DNA of 64,000 bases from Mizuhopecten yessoensis (lineage: Eukaryota). Under the pieces are notes generated by a model. It searched no databases. It was given only the letters and a program-made list of their open reading frames with translations, and was not told the origin of the DNA. A program made the translations under genes and the position numbers. Each line of letters starts with the position of its first letter. Position 1 is the first letter of the stretch. The stretch lies in assembly GCF_002113885.1 (NCBI RefSeq), contig NW_018407865.1, positions 9,687 through 73,686 of the forward strand. Direction: 5' to 3'. Below, piece by piece: positions 1 through 14,229 of this stretch.

Positions 1-63
1 TTGACGGACGACGGACGCCGCGCCATTGCATAAGCTCACTAGCCCTTAGGGCAGGTGAGCTAA
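1..63. mobile_element. Terminus of a Helentron-associated non-autonomous element (HINE)
   Basis: (GACG)n-like microsatellite followed by the hairpin AGCTCACT-AGCCCTTAGGGC-AGGTGAGCT. This layout is typical of bivalve HINE ends; truncated by the window edge. Confidence 0.6.
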
Positions 64-94
64 TAATGGGGGATTTTGATTGGTTTGAAATATC

Positions 95-690
95 TGAGTC
101 TCTTTGCTTTGTGAAAGACTCTCTTATACATTATTGATCGATGGTTAATCGTTCATCTTAAAATATCTCTCTCTCATATATATGTCCTACATGATAAGTC
201 TCTCCTTCACACAAATTGTTCTCCGTGATACCTCTCTCTCAAACATATATTCCTCCACGGTAAATGTCTACCTTTATAAATAACACTTGCTCATATTTGT
301 CTTTTACAAATCAATTTTCACGTCCATGGCATCCTGTGTAGGTCACTCACAAACATATGTCCTCCAAAACATTCCTCAGACTTGTTTCCTACATAGTAAG
401 TCCTTTTGTACATGTAGGTCCTTCACCGTATGTCTCCAAGAAATATATTTCCACAGTAAGTATTTCATCTCTATAAATGTCTGTCTTACACATATGTTCT
501 CCCTTGTAAGACCATCGTCTTGATGAAAAGTCTGGCTGACAAATATGTCCTCCAGATTAATGCTGTATTGCACATCCGAATTAAGGCTCTACGCCTCTCT
601 TAAACATGTTCCCCGTGTCATGTCTCTCATCTTTGTAGAAGTTCCTATCACAAACTTGTCTCTCAGAGTCTCTCCCACAGTGCGGGAATT
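95..690. repeat. Degenerate tandem repeat / low-complexity tract
   Basis: Recurrent ACA(A/C)ATATGT(C/T)CTCC-like and GTAAGTCTC-like motifs (e.g. ~352, ~490, ~540, ~604). The ORFs here are repeat-derived. Confidence 0.45.
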
Positions 691-899
691 TGGAACACAT
701 AACAAGAATTCTGTGATTATGTCAGCTGATAAAGCATTACCATCTCCTAGCTCTCCTGTTTATACTGACCATACTGTTCCATATAGTGCCATTTTGTGTA
801 CATCAAAATCTTGTATTGCGACCTATATTATTCAGGTAGCCAGTGCAGTGAATATAACACTAGTGTGATAGGCTCTTTCTCTTTCGAGTACGATTAACC

Positions 900-1900
900 G
901 GACGTGCTGCAGTGTTCTTGATCCTCTGCAGACTATTAGTTAATGAATCGATATGCCAAGGATAAGGCCGTAAACTATACTCTGAAGGAAAGGTAACATG
1001 TGACCTCACTAAAGTCTTACATAAAACTGAAGGATGCATCCAATGTTCTGAGGGGGTAGGAGCAGAATGTTATGATTGATGATTGTATTCACTGCCGAAG
1101 GCTCCAGCGACTTATTGTAATCGCTTTTTGTCCGATGTCGTGCGTCTTCTGTTGTGTGTAAACTTGATACATTTTTACTTCTTAAGAACTGGTGATTGGA
1201 TCTCCCTTCAAACAAGAAACACATTATCCTTGGTTGAAGAGGGTATCAAATTGAAGAAAAAATATGTTCATGTGCAAACTTAATGGGCCGAACGGGTCCC
1301 AAATAGAAAATTGACAAGTATTTGATTTTTTTTCTTTTCCAGACTCATGTGTTTGACCGTAGTTCATCGATATGAGTCTGGAAAAGATTTTTTCTAGATG
1401 ATAACGCACTTATGTGTTTAACCGTAGTTCATCGATATAAGTGCGTTGTCATCTAAATTGTAAATTTACCCTCGGTTGATCCATTCTCACTTTTGGAAGG
1501 GGAAGTGTTGATTTACCATACTGTAATAGGGAAAAAACACTTTTATCTATATTTTGTAGTGTTTCAGCATGAAATAATTCAAACTTTGTTTGGAATGCTT
1601 TTGATGAGTTGGCAATAAGATTAAGGTATGAGAAAGTAAGATCCTGACCCATCCAGGATCCAGAGGATCGAAGCATCAAAGGCGAAAATGTCTCAAGGAC
1701 AACAACAAAATATTTTTCGTTCAATACCAAAATATTATTTTTGAAAAAGTTTTAGTAATTCATGTGTCTTTGTTTACTGATCTTTTGTAAGCGAATCTAT
1801 CTCATAGGATTTCCCGAGTTTATGATAGTCTTGCACATTGGTTACCAGCAGTTATGACAGAGCTAGCATTGTCAGCAGTCACACTTGTATCCTCCATTGT
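900..1900 (+). pseudogene. Highly degenerate Penelope-like RT core remnant
   Basis: Ordered residual motifs: MG..N at 1283, DFFLF at ~1324 (cf. PMGTNCAPLLADLFL), RFFLDD at 1385-1402 (cf. FRYIDD), IYP at ~1463. Many stops and frameshifts. Confidence 0.45.
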
Positions 1901-1915
1901 AGATCTGTCACTATT

Positions 1916-2160
1916 CAGGGGCGGATCCAGGATTTCCTAAAAGGGGGGTCCGATAATTTTTTCTCAATAGTCAACGGTGTGCTGCCGAAGGCACCACCCC
2001 GAGCGCGTAGCGCGAGGATGGGGAGGGTACAGGAGGGGGACTTCCCCCTCCCTTAAGGGGGGTTTGGGGAATCTCCCCCCCAAAAAAATGTGTTTTCTAG
2101 AATGTCGCAGAAGCGATTTCCCGTGTTCTGGGGATTGTTTTTATGTTTAATTAACAAGAA
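1916..2160. mobile_element. End of a GC-rich non-autonomous DNA transposon (CAGGGGCGGATCCAGG terminus)
   Basis: Starts CAGGGGCGGATCCAGGATTT, followed by G/C-run hairpins and CGAGCGCGTAGCGCG. Partner TIR not found. Confidence 0.45.
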
Positions 2161-3149
2161 GAAAAAAAACATATTTTAAGTATGGCCCAAAGACTTTTTT
2201 TGTGTTCTGGAAAGAAAATTAAAGTTTCGGTTCAAATTCTCTATCAACAGCGTGTTTTAGAACCTGGTGATGACAAATGTATGAATCCACAGGGGGCTTG
2301 TTCATTATTACCTAATTTGGCGTCACGCCCGCAAGGGCTTTACGAAAGGTCCACCGTCAAAACATAAATGTAGGGACGCACAATATCTAGTCTTCAGAAA
2401 TTGTACCTATTACCTTCATGTAATAGTTTGTCGTACAAAAGAACAAATAACACCCTAACATCGTTGCTGTTTAATTAATGAGTTACTCATGGCATCACTA
2501 AGTTGCTAAACAAACGGATAAGTTCAAACCAGTGCGACACCTATATAGTCTCGCGTTTTATAATTGTTGACTAGTTCACTAGTGTAGACAATGATATATC
2601 TGAAATGTCCACGCTGATTAACTCATGTAAGGGCGTGCATATTACCAACAGTGGTACATTTGCTAAGCTATCTGGTTAAAATGGTACAACTTAGGAGGCA
2701 CATACGCGTCACCTTTAAATTTAATTTAAAATTATCATACTTGTCAGTACAGCATATCATCTCATTCTGGTACGTACAACTTATTACTACGTACACAATA
2801 GTATGCTGTGTGAAGATACTTTCTTGTACGTACACGATGGTAAGCTATAAGTACCACAATGAGATATTATGTTGTACATACAAGATAGTTAAACAGTTCC
2901 AACAATATATATAATACCAAAATAATTGAATGGATATGTTTAGTCGATTATACATAATATTGTCAGCCGAAAAAAAACTTTATCGTTCTTGTATAATGAT
3001 ATGATTAATATCGCCCGTCAGTGGCTCATTTTATATCACAACATATTCACCAAGTCAATAATCTATATTTAAACAGATTCTGACTGGCTGAGAGCTGTCC
3101 GATCATAAATAGGTCGTATTTTTCGGATTTTGGCGAAAAAAACATTACT

Positions 3150-4190
3150 TATACTGGTCAGTGTGAACTCATGCTGCTGTAGTTTTATTCAAAGGGTTTT
3201 GCGTCCTTTACGCAGAAGAGGAAATATTAACGTCAAAAGAGTTGCTATTTGGACCGCAGGTCACTTTCTATTTCCTAAATATCCAATAAGCTGTGGATAC
3301 AGAAATTAAAATTATTTCAAAGAGGGTCCCAAATAAGACTCAATGGCAATGTAAGCAAGCTGTGCATGTAATTAACTTTAACATTCTACTTCGTAAAGGT
3401 CGACAAAGTCAGCAGAGTAGGATATGTGACAGCAATATTTTATGATGCATTATTCTAGTCTGTACATATCTGAGTAAAATGTTAATATGAACACTACTTC
3501 GTTGTCAAACAGACTGTTAGTATCAATGTTATTAAGCAATCGATTGTATAAAACAAGTTCAGTTTTATGGAATGAAATTGGTGATGCAGTTATATACACG
3601 AGTGATTCATTATTTAGCAGACACCTGAATAATTAGTGCAATAAAAAATAGAAGATAAATCTCTATTAATAATCAAATCAACATAAGGATAATTAAGCTG
3701 TACAATAGAAGGACTTGACGTGTGATTTTTAAACAAAAAGTAGGAAATAAAATAGATATTAAATATCTGTTATAGATTTTATGTCGCCTGAGATAATGAT
3801 TTCTTTAGAAAAAAAAGTAGAAAGACGATTTGATATACTATTGTAGCTTATATACAAAATATAAATGTTGTAGATGAAATGATTTACGAATTAATATTGA
3901 GGTATTCTATTTTAAATTCCTGATACCATAAGAATCTCTTTTGTGATACTGGCTTCGTTCCATAAACTTGTACATATATGTACAGACGGTTGCCTGAAAT
4001 AACTGATTCTTACATTAAGAGCACAATTTGATACTGAAACATTTCTCACATTAATATTTTTTACCAGTTATCATAAAGTTGAAAATGCATTTTTAATGCA
4101 AAAATTACTGTAACTTCGCTTGCTCTGCTGATTTTGTCTTTTTTTAAAAGTTGATTTATAATTCGTTTTCTCTGCAGATACACAATTACA
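3150..4190 (+). pseudogene. Degenerate Penelope-like (Naiad-type) pre-RT/RT N-terminal remnant
   Basis: AGH at 3256-3264 and KEGPK at 3319-3333 (cf. PAGHVITGD...KGPKYREP), LAD at ~3615 (cf. VPADK), IP..HKN at 3916-3935 (cf. WIPKLHKNP), in the expected order. Confidence 0.5.
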
Positions 4191-6829
4191 TATTGCCCCC
4201 ACCCTCCCCCCTTGCATATTTGGCCAATATGATCACAAGCGTTAGTTAAGGTCATTATATAGGACAAACTTCAAACTTGATAGCATTCCAATCCCACATG
4301 TCACGTTTTGAGTTGAAAAAGGTATATTTGAACAAACTTGATAGCCTTTCATCCCATCCGGCATCAGGTGAAAATAATTAATCAAGTGTTCCTGGTTTTC
4401 CAGCACATTCAGTGTAATGCATTTCAGCATATTTAATCTAAGCTTAAGTGATCTTAGGAGGGCATTTATGCTATTTATTTTAACCAACCTAATAGCCCTT
4501 CATTTCATCAAGTCCAAAATCCATGACCCCATTCTCTGGGGTTTTCAAAAAACTTTGTTCAGATGTTTAAACAAATTTGACCCATTTCAACATGAGAGTT
4601 AGTCAATATCAGCCATATGAACGTGTACGTGCATTTGACCGTAGTTCTTTGAGGAGCATTTACATAACAAATAACAAAAAATGTAAGATAAATTCTGAGA
4701 ATTTATTGACAAGTCTGCAGATAAGGGGTGCCTATCACATGTAACAGTACCTCCCTTGGACCTGGTGGAGAATAGCCGATAAGCTATTGACCCCGTAGTG
4801 CTGAAAGAGCAGAGTGCTGAAAAGCAGTGGCCAACAACCCGGTTCGAACATGGACTTGGACGACTGTGATTGACCCGAAGCTCATGGAAAACCATAGCCT
4901 AGTCGCTTAAATGTCCGGAAGTCGGCTAGAGTTGGGAGTCACATCACTTAGGCCTGGAGTTCAACTTACTGTCTTACCCTGGGCCATATAGAGTTGATGT
5001 ATACAGTACAGCTAACCATAGGTTCTGGAGTTGGATTGACCGATTTGGAGTGTATAGCAGCAGACTGGCACCATTAATAATTCATGTTACATGTTATTAC
5101 ATGATGACAGTTTAATGCCATAGGCCCAAATAGTGAAGACNGACAGTTGGCCAGAACTGTTAGAACAAAGAGCACTTGTCATGTCACATACTTGCAGATG
5201 CAACACGTAAATGTTTAGATCCTAATTATGATATGTCCTTTAATAGGTTTGATAATATAGTTCTTACAAACGTTCCTCAATATCATGGTTTAATGTCAGT
5301 CCTTACAGGATATATTTGTCAGCACAATCAAGTAACTGATGATTTATTGTCTCCTAGTATACCCATTAACTTAGACATTATGAACGGATATATACAAAGT
5401 ATTTCTTAAAAACGATAGTATCTCAGCAGACCTTAATTGGATCAAGTTTTCACGGATTCAATTTAGATATTTTTGCATAGAGTCGAACATTTAAAGTAAT
5501 AAACAAATTAAACTGCAATGGTTGCGAACAAAAACCTTTCCTCGCCATGAATTAATAGAAAGTGCTTGCAAGATGACCCCTAGAGATAATCGTAACTGCT
5601 AAAATAAATGATAATAATAATAATATACAACATTTGATATAGCGCCTATCTAGCTACCATAAGCCACTCTAAAACGTTTTACAGTACATATTTATACAAT
5701 GAATACAATTAGCATATACATTAATCAATACAATTTTGAGGAATTCGGAGGAGCTGCTTTATCAGGTGCTAACTACTAGTCCTATGCCACCTGGTTAATA
5801 TCCCCCTATGTGTGTACGCCTGCGTGTGTGCTTGAGATGTAATGTGGGGAGGGGGAAGATAATACATTATTTGTGAGAATGTAGTGAAGAAGGAATGTCA
5901 TTGTTCCCCAAATAAAAACGGGACTTTAGAAAGACATTAAAGATGAAATAAACATTATTTAATAAACAACATTGTTCTGAATGTAAAAAATAAGCTACCT
6001 GGTCAACAGAAGTGCCCTGGCTGGGCTACAGTTATGTTCAAACGGAAGTGAAGGGGTGGGTATTGTATATAAGAAAAAACATAATGCAGGGGATCCTTTA
6101 ATGGATAACTTTCTAACGTGGTTAGAATCATTCTTGCTGAATGAGAGTTTCAAACTGTAATGTTGGGTTCCTGGTCAAACCCTTTGGGTCAGAGCGGGGT
6201 CTGAGGGAAAACAAATGACGAATATCTTTAACAATATCTTCTCCAGACTCAGATGTGTAAGAATAAAAAACCATGCACTTATGGAAAGGACCTTATGTGT
6301 TTTAAGTAAAGTGTAAATTCCATGGGGAGGTAGGAGAGGGGGTAAAACTTACTCAAGTTTAGATATAGTAAACTTCACATTCTGGCTATATTTTGTCCAT
6401 TTTTGGCAAAGGATAATTGTTTTTAACTATAATGATAAAATGACAAGTATGTGGAATGAGGTATCAAAATCCGTATTCTTGGGCCAGGGAACGTGAAAGG
6501 TTGAAAGGTGCTTTTATCTCAATTGTTAATTTGTAAAGTTAACTATAATTCATTTAAGGAAATTAAACTTTTGACTATATTTTGTCCATTGTTCAAACTT
6601 TGTTATAATTATTATGTTGGTGTGGCAATAGAATGGTATCAGTCAGATCCTGGTTTGGCTGGAAGAGAGAATATTTGTTTAAAGACAAAAAAATATCCCT
6701 TCTCTTCTCATTCATCTGAAACAATAGTGATATGAGGAGAAAAGCGAGTTTCTTTGTTGATAACATCATTTCCACTTCACGTTTTAACAATGAAAAAATA
6801 CGTATGTTAAAAATTATGTGACCATGTAA

Positions 6830-8010
6830 GCCCTTGGGCCTCTGTATAATATCCCATGAGATTATTTGTCAGATCTTCGAATTAACAATGGTATATCTTC
6901 AAGCTTGAAGGCGTCATACTTTTTTTCATTCATTGATACTGGGCAATTGACATACATAGTACATTGAACTCTAGTTGATAAGATTGTACACTACATATTA
7001 TTCAATCTGAATTTTAATGTCCGCTCCATGTTCAAATAATTAATATCAAGCCATAAAAATCTAATAAGAAATGGTGAGGGGGCTTTAATCTAGAGGGAAA
7101 AATATTTAGCGGATAAAGATTATCATTATCTCTTTCAAAACAACAAAAAGGGATTCGAAACCGGTTGGTGTCAGCATAGAATAACACGCGGAAAAATTAG
7201 TATAATTCACATGCAATAAAGAAATTGTGGTTTCAATTAATGACTTAGATATATAAATAAAACAAGAGAAAACGATTAAAATGTATGAATATCAAAATAG
7301 AATATGGCAAATTAGTGACAGAATCAGTTGTTGATGATATGAAAATATGTTAGACTCTTGTGCAGAAGGACATACATTGTGGACGGATGTATGAGAGTGA
7401 GTAACGTTAATGTGTAGACATATAACTAATTTTCCTTCTGTACCCATATATTATGTTACTGACAGCGCGACAAGGCAAATCTAGACATATTATCACAGCA
7501 ACCATTTTACTTTTTTGCCTATTAAGACTCTCTCTAAAGTATAAATTTGTTCTTACAGGTTTTCATAACAAAAGCAATAAACTGGTTTATATGTAAATTT
7601 ACAAATGTTAAGATAAATACGTTTATAGATAACATTTATCATTGCATATTATTGTCTATTTTTACCTGCAAGAATTTCTACAAGATCTATCTGATAAATG
7701 GGAGGTAACCCCATTTTTCTCCAATGAGTGAAAAAATTGCAAGTCACATGCATGTAATTGAAGTACACTGTACTTATAAGGAAAGTGGTTATTGCAGTAG
7801 TTTGCATTCCAACACTGAATCAATATCAGACATATATCATATATCAACTTAAATATGTCAACATTTTAGAAAGCTATATGAACTATGAATAAAACATTAT
7901 AGAATTGCTTGAACGTGCGAGTCTGATTTAAATGACACTGTTAAAAAACAGATATAACTTGATATCTCAACATTAATGATTATTGTACATATATATATCG
8001 CTCAATTTAT
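6830..8010 (+). pseudogene. Degenerate Penelope-like RT remnant
   Basis: DKAN at 7469-7480 (cf. PADKAxNN) and DISTLMIIVH at 7961-7990 (cf. FDFSTLYTTIPH). Confidence 0.5.
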
Positions 8011-8013
8011 ATA

Positions 8014-8549
8014 TTGTATAGCGGTCATATTTCACGGGGGTTTTAATTTCGCTATATTCGCGCTTTGACTAATATCTGCGAGTTCTAAACGTAATCGAAA
8101 TTATCGAAAATGTTAACCACTTTTACGGACGTTATCACAGCATGTTGAAAACACTTATAACCCAGCGCTGTTTTGCAATCTTAAATTAACTCAAACTAGA
8201 TTATCACCGGACAACTCGGCAGTCCATGTAAAAACAACACTTACATATAAGAGGCCAACATTTATGTATGTGTACACAGTAGGTGATTCATTGATTGCAG
8301 TTTACTCCTACAAAGGTACGTACACATTTGATTTTCTTTCGAGTGAAGTCACTGCTGGATGACGAAGCTCGGGATTAGTATTTTCAAACGGTTTACCTTT
8401 ATTTCGAGGTTTAACCCTTAAATGATGATACTCAAAATACTTTGCACGACACATGGGATTCGGGTGCACAGCGAAAATTAACCCCTGCGAATATGTACTG
8501 AATACGACACCGCAAAATATTGACCCCGTGAATTTAAAGCGCTATACAG
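8014..8549. mobile_element. MITE with TA target-site duplication (Tc1/mariner-type)
   Basis: TA|TTGTATAGCG..ATTTCACGGGG at the left end and CCCCGTGAAT..CGCTATACAG|TA at the right end form imperfect TIRs flanked by TA. Confidence 0.75.
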
Positions 8550-8664
8550 TATAACATCAGTTACAAATGTTTGTATTTAAAAAAAAAAAATAACTCCAAC
8601 CTTGACTTCAGAATATTTTTTTCTGGACACATGCGAACATTTCATATAATTTACTTAATTTCAG

Positions 8665-10465
8665 ATTGATATAAAACGCTTCAAGAAAGGAGTTATTTTT
8701 TCGAATAATCGCAGTTGGATTGAACATGTTAAACAAATAATTCAGAAAGCAACGTCAAGATTAAATATTATGCGATCTCTAAAATTTAAACTCGACAGGC
8801 AAACATTACAAAATATATATTTTTCGTTTATTAGACCACTTGAAGAATATGCTGATACTGTCTGGGATAGCATTCCCAAAGAATATATTTCTAAACTAGA
8901 GAATGTTAATTTGGAAGCTGCTAGGATTGTGTCAGGTGCTACTAAAATTGTAAGCTTAGACAAACTATATACAGAAGTGGGATGGAATAAATTAATAGAC
9001 CGTAGACTTAATCATAAATTGTTACAATTCCATAAAATATTTTATCAAAATACTCCAGAGTATCTGTATAATCTCTTACCTAATTCAGTTAGTGATGTTC
9101 ATAGTTATAATACCAGACTTTCTGACCCATCATGTCTAACACCAATTCTTTGTAAAACAAATATTTTATCTAAATGCATTTCTTCCTTCTGCTGTAAACA
9201 ATTGGAATTCTCTTCCATTACATATTAGAAATAACCCTTCCATTTGCCATTTAAAAGCCTTTCTGAAATCTAATAGTAAATCATGTCCACCTTCATACTA
9301 CTTTCANNNNNNNNNNNNNNNNNNNNNNNNNNNNNNNNNNNNNNNNNNNNNNNNNNNNNNNNNNNNNNNNNNNNNNNNNNNNNNNNNNNNNNNNNNNNNN
9401 NNNNNNNNNNNNNNNNNNNNNNNNNNNNNNNNNNNNNNNNNNNNNNNNNNNNNNNNNNNNNNNNNNNNNNNNNNNNNNNNNNNNNNNNNNNNNNNNNNNN
9501 NNNNNNNNNNNNNNNNNNNNNNNNNNNNNNNNNNNNNNNNNNNNNNNNNNNNNNNNNNNNNNNNNNNNNNNNNNNNNNNNNNNNNNNNNNNNNNNNNNNN
9601 NNNNNNNNNNNNNNNNNNNNNNNNNNNNNNNNNNNNNNNNNNNNNNNNNNNNNNNNNNNNNNNNNNNNNNNNNNNNNNNNNNNNNNNNNNNNNNNNNNNN
9701 NNNNNNNNNNNNNNNNNNNNNNNNNNNNNNNNNNNNNNNNNNNNNNNNNNNNNNNNNNNNNNNNNNNNNNNNNNNNNNNNNNNNNNNNNNNNNNNNNNNN
9801 NNNNNNNNNNNNNNNNNNNNNNNNNNNNNNNNNNNNNNNNNNNNNNNNNNNNNNNNNNNNNNNNNNNNNNNNNNNNNNNNNNNNNNNNNNNNNNNNNNNN
9901 NNNNNNNNNNNNNNNNNNNNNNNNNNNNNNNNNNNNNNNNNNNNNNNNNNNNNNNNNNNNNNNNNNNNNNNNNNNNNNNNNNNNNNNNNNNNNNNNNNNN
10001 NNNNNNNNNNNNNNNNNNNNNNNNNNNNNNNNNNNNNNNNNNNNNNNNNNNNNNNNNNNNNNNNNNNNNNNNNNNNNNNNNNNNNNNNNNNNNNNNNNNN
10101 NNNNNNNNNNNNNNNNNNNNNNNNNNNNNNNNNNNNNNNNNNNNNNNNNNNNNNNNNNNNNNNNNNNNNNNNNNNNNNNNNNNNNNNNNNNNNNNNNNNN
10201 NNNNNNNNNNNNNNNNNNNNNNNNNNNNNNNNNNNNNNNNNNNNNNNNNNNNNNNNNNNNNNNNNNNNNNNNNNNNNNNNNNNNNNNNNNNNNNNNNNCC
10301 CCTATTGTACATATTATTTCATTCTTGTAGCTAGTGTTGAAAAGTTGATTACTAAGCAGGTAACAAATTTACATAAGTGTCACGACACTTGTTTTTGTTT
10401 CCTTTTCTGTTTTATAAAAAATGTATTTCTATGTACAAAATTTGAATAAAACAAAGTTTAAACCA
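8665..10465 (+). mobile_element. 5'-truncated CR1-group LINE fragment (RT C-terminal region), spanning an assembly gap
   Basis: ORF 8770-9228 (YFSFIRPLEEYADTVWD...LEAARIVSGA...LYTEVGW...RR..HKL) is a typical CR1 post-RT region. AATAAA-containing tail at ~10445. Same family as the minus-strand element at 26.5-30.5 kb. Confidence 0.85.
9307..10298. other. Assembly gap (N run)
   Basis: Continuous Ns. Confidence 1.
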
Positions 10466-11599
10466 AGAATGACCGGTGCTTTAATATTTGGTTTAAACAT
10501 CATATTTTTATCGGTTTCATGTTGTCTTTCCTTTTGTGTTGGCGTTTCAGTAATGTCCATTGTGGTCAATTAAATCCTGAGTGGAAACAAAAATAGAGAC
10601 GATACTTCAATTCTACATCGCGGGTCGTGTAATATCTCGTGAATATGTTTACATATATATTAAATTAGGTCAATAATTCTCTTTAGCACGTCTATGATAT
10701 AAAACGTTAAAAACAGCTACTAGTTTCTTAAATTTAGGGCAATTTATCCAAATTGACTGGTTGTATCTGAAATCCGAGTTTAAAATAAAAATTTAAAAAA
10801 AGAAGTGAGTGTGGCCTTAGAAATGAATTGAGGTGTATTTTAAAACCCTGAAAACAAGTTTGGATATGTTTCGTTCTACTTTTCACTTGCGTACCTTATC
10901 ACGTTATATTTCAGGTTCTGTAAAACCTGTTCTACAAGCACTAACTTTTTATAAATGAAAGTCCTAAATCACGGATATGCAAGTTAGATAGGGATCCTTT
11001 GTCAACCCGCAGATGTTTAATGTGTCTTTATGCTTACTTTTTATAGATAGTATGAACATAAATGTAATTAAATATAAAAAACCCTTCTAAAATACATGTT
11101 TTACATTTTAAAATATGGATGTGTGGTGAAATTGTACACCTAATGCAAATTACAGTTAGGATAAGAATCTACAAGTAAGGAATTTGACCTTAAAACACGG
11201 ATAAATCAAATGTTATTTCTATATTGATAGTTTAATCTCAACGGTAGAGTTATTTGGATAAATACATCTTTGCTTTTGGATGATGCAGCTTAAAGTGGTT
11301 TGCAGAGTGCAGTACAGCAGAGTCCATCATATATATATATAACCTTTTAATATTATTCACCAACTCAAAACTAAATCATGGTTTATAAAACTTTAGATTG
11401 ATAAAAATTTAGATTGTCCGAATGCAAAATAGATTATATTAAACATTAAAACACGGTGTCATAGTCAAACGAAGATGATGCAATAGAAATGAATAATGCA
11501 ACAAAGAAAGAATATGCAAAGTAGTTTCTTTTATATACATTAAGATTGAAGATGGGGAAATAAATGTCTGCTTCCCCGAAATTGAAAATATTCGATGGC

Positions 11600-11837
11600 A
11601 ATCACGTCGACCTCAGCAGTAGTCTAGACCTAGTCTGATGCCAGACAACTGGACGATTGAACAGTAATCACGTCGACCTCAGCAGTAGTCTAGACCTAGT
11701 CTGACGCCAGACAACTGGACGATTGAACAGTAATCACGTCGAACTCAGCAGTAGTCTAGACCTAGCTGTCTGACGCCAGACAACTGGACGATTGAACAGT
11801 AATCACGTCGACCTCAGCAGTAGTCTAGACCTAGTCT
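11600..11837. repeat. 66-bp tandem repeat, ~3.5 copies
   Basis: Unit AATCACGTCGACCTCAGCAGTAGTCTAGACCTAGTCTGACGCCAGACAACTGGACGATTGAACAGT starts at 11600, 11666, 11732 and 11801 (third unit has a 3-bp insertion). Confidence 0.95.
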
Positions 11838-12939
11838 ATTGAGCATACATAAGCGAACGGTCAAGAACTGTCACCTGATGGAAAAATACCAACACATCTT
11901 TTTAACGTTGTTTACTTGTTATCATTACCACCAGCAATAAATGGGGGAAAGTGTTTGGATAATTGAAAGTTGAAATGATCAGTGTAACAGTAAAAGGTTG
12001 TGCTGTATGCATGTTTAGCTATATCTAAGCTGATTTACAACGTTAAACTAAAGAGAAAGAAGGGGAAATGGTTTAAAACTATGGAAGGTTAACAGTTTTA
12101 ACTGTTAATATCTCTATTGAAGCAGAAACTTCGATGAACATGTTATCAAAAAAATGAGACTAACATAAGAAGTCACAATAATATTTCACCCCGTCAACGG
12201 TGACATCACTTGCAAATAAACCTAATAGCCAAAAAGAGTCTAAACAGTTTTTCTGCGCAAGAGCTATGATCTTGTTAGAATACGAGTATTGATGCTTCAA
12301 ATGTATACCCTTGTATAGACGTATCATTTCAATTGTTTTGTGCGTTTATGAGGAATGTATTTGTCAGTTAGCGTACAAGTGAAAAGTAGACCTTGCGTTA
12401 TACGAGCTTGCATCTGTAAAAAAAAATCCTCATTCAGACATCATAATAACAGTATATCTACGCAGTTATGACAAGTATGCGTCGTGTTAGCTATTAAGCA
12501 GTTATCAACAACACGGAAACGATATCGCATATGGGTTAGATTTTTAAAATAAAAATTATGCAAAATAATTGTTTTGTTTAAGAGTCTATATATCATTTTA
12601 TATCTTATTGAAAATGTTTTATAAAGTGGACACATTAGATATACCAAAACATATTTAATTACAAGGCGGTGTTTTGTTTTCCTTGTTATGTCCATGACGT
12701 TGTAACATTTACCATGTTACTGACTACACTTGTCAATCAATTATGTCGACAATCAAACGCGTGTTTACGTGTGATAAAACAGGCCGATTACTGGGTACGA
12801 CACAGTTTTCGTATGCAATAGTTATATATATGTTAACTCTTCAATGGCGTCATTTATTCTGTTCATCTGTAACTATTAGTGAAAAAGTGTATTTCTCGTA
12901 CCTTTAAAATTTTGGTATTTTTTGGATTCCCGTTATAAA

Positions 12940-14225
12940 AATTCAAAAAAATTCAAAATTTGTATTTGCATTTGTAACTACAAAGAAGTTTGAAGGCAAA
13001 ATAGAAAAATACAGTGAAATATTACATAGACATGTACATGTAGAAAAGTCGCAAAGTGATAGCTTATATTTCTAAAATACATTAACATGAACAAAATGAA
13101 CTTAGCTTCAAATAGAAAATTTGATTTAAACATTTTTAACTGCAAAGTCGATACCTTATACTATCAGCAAGCCCACTTTCCTCAGTTCTAGAGACTGGTT
13201 AATGAATAAGCAAGAGTCCAGTCTAAATTGGGAGTTGTTTGTAGATAATATTGAGGTCAAATAATTGGTATCTAAGGTAACATCATTGTGATTAGGAATG
13301 CATTTTTGGAAGTATTCTTTTCTGGCAGATTCATTTAGGGAACAGTGAAAAAAGGAGTGTACTTCATTTTCTAACACACCACATTTTTTACAGAGTCTCT
13401 GGTCTCTTGGTATACATTTGAGTAGCCCCATGGCTAGCTCCAGCTTGTGTTCACATAAACGAAATGAAGTAAACATTTTCCTTAAACTACTACTGTTAAT
13501 ATTAAGGTATTTTTCAGGGACATACGCCATCTTTATACATGAATAATTTATTACTCTCGTTTAATTTTTTTAGTTTATTAAAGAATCTTATTTCATATTT
13601 CTTTTTTATATTTTGCTTGGTTTTAATTTTAAATCGGTAATTACTGTACAATGCGTCAGGATCCTGTATAACTTGATGTAAATCATTGTCTAATGTCATA
13701 TCATTAACATAACTAAACCAGGTATATGTGCCATTTTCATGTAAAGTTTTATTTAATAGATAAGCCTCCTTTATCAAAGGGTTTAAATTGTCTGAATCTT
13801 GTAGTAATCTACTTAAATAGCCACATGCTTAAGTGTTTATAAGGGTCTCAATAGGATAATGTCCCAGCTCTGCTCTGGAGCCTCGATTTACTGCTATTTT
13901 CCCAATCCCTAGCGTATGTTTACAGAATTTCAAATGTACTTACTCAAAAGGAGATTTATCAATAAAGGAGAAATAATCAAACTGCTTATTGCTATTACCT
14001 GATCTGATTTTTCTGCTTAACATATTTTGGTATAAATCCATGTACCATACTTCTGCATTATAAGTCAGGACAGGTTTTACAAGGGATTGAAAGAGATTAT
14101 AATGGGCATCTACTGGAAAGTTTGTGATATTTTCTGCATATTTTTTTTATTGCAAAAAGAACTTTAAGACCTTTGTTTGACAATTCCTTTAGGAAGGTGT
14201 AAATTTACCTGCTGTATTTATCAGG
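12940..14225 (-). mobile_element. 5'-truncated non-LTR retrotransposon (3' RT/Cys-His region)
   Basis: Minus-strand ORFs 13156-13530 (FRLCEHKLELAMG...RDQRLCKKCGVLENEVHSFFHC) and upstream FEKVHLKFCK/RAELGHYP-like motifs. Frameshifted; TTTGAA-like tail near 12945. Confidence 0.8.
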
Positions 14226-14229
14226 TTAC

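Noticed and set aside
5176-5409. 77-aa ORF as a host exon
   Set aside because: No recognisable domain or convincing splice context; more likely decayed PLE linker sequence.
9283-10449. Long ORFs of 388 and 339 aa (and 156/162 aa at 18347-18906)
   Set aside because: Artefacts of N runs.
11600-11837. CRISPR-like appearance of the 66-bp repeat (also the 102- and 151-bp arrays)
   Set aside because: Units are contiguous with no unique spacers, there are no cas genes, and the context is eukaryotic.
10470-12930. Additional minus-strand PLE unit
   Set aside because: Only faint similarity by eye; plausible from spacing but not supportable without alignment.
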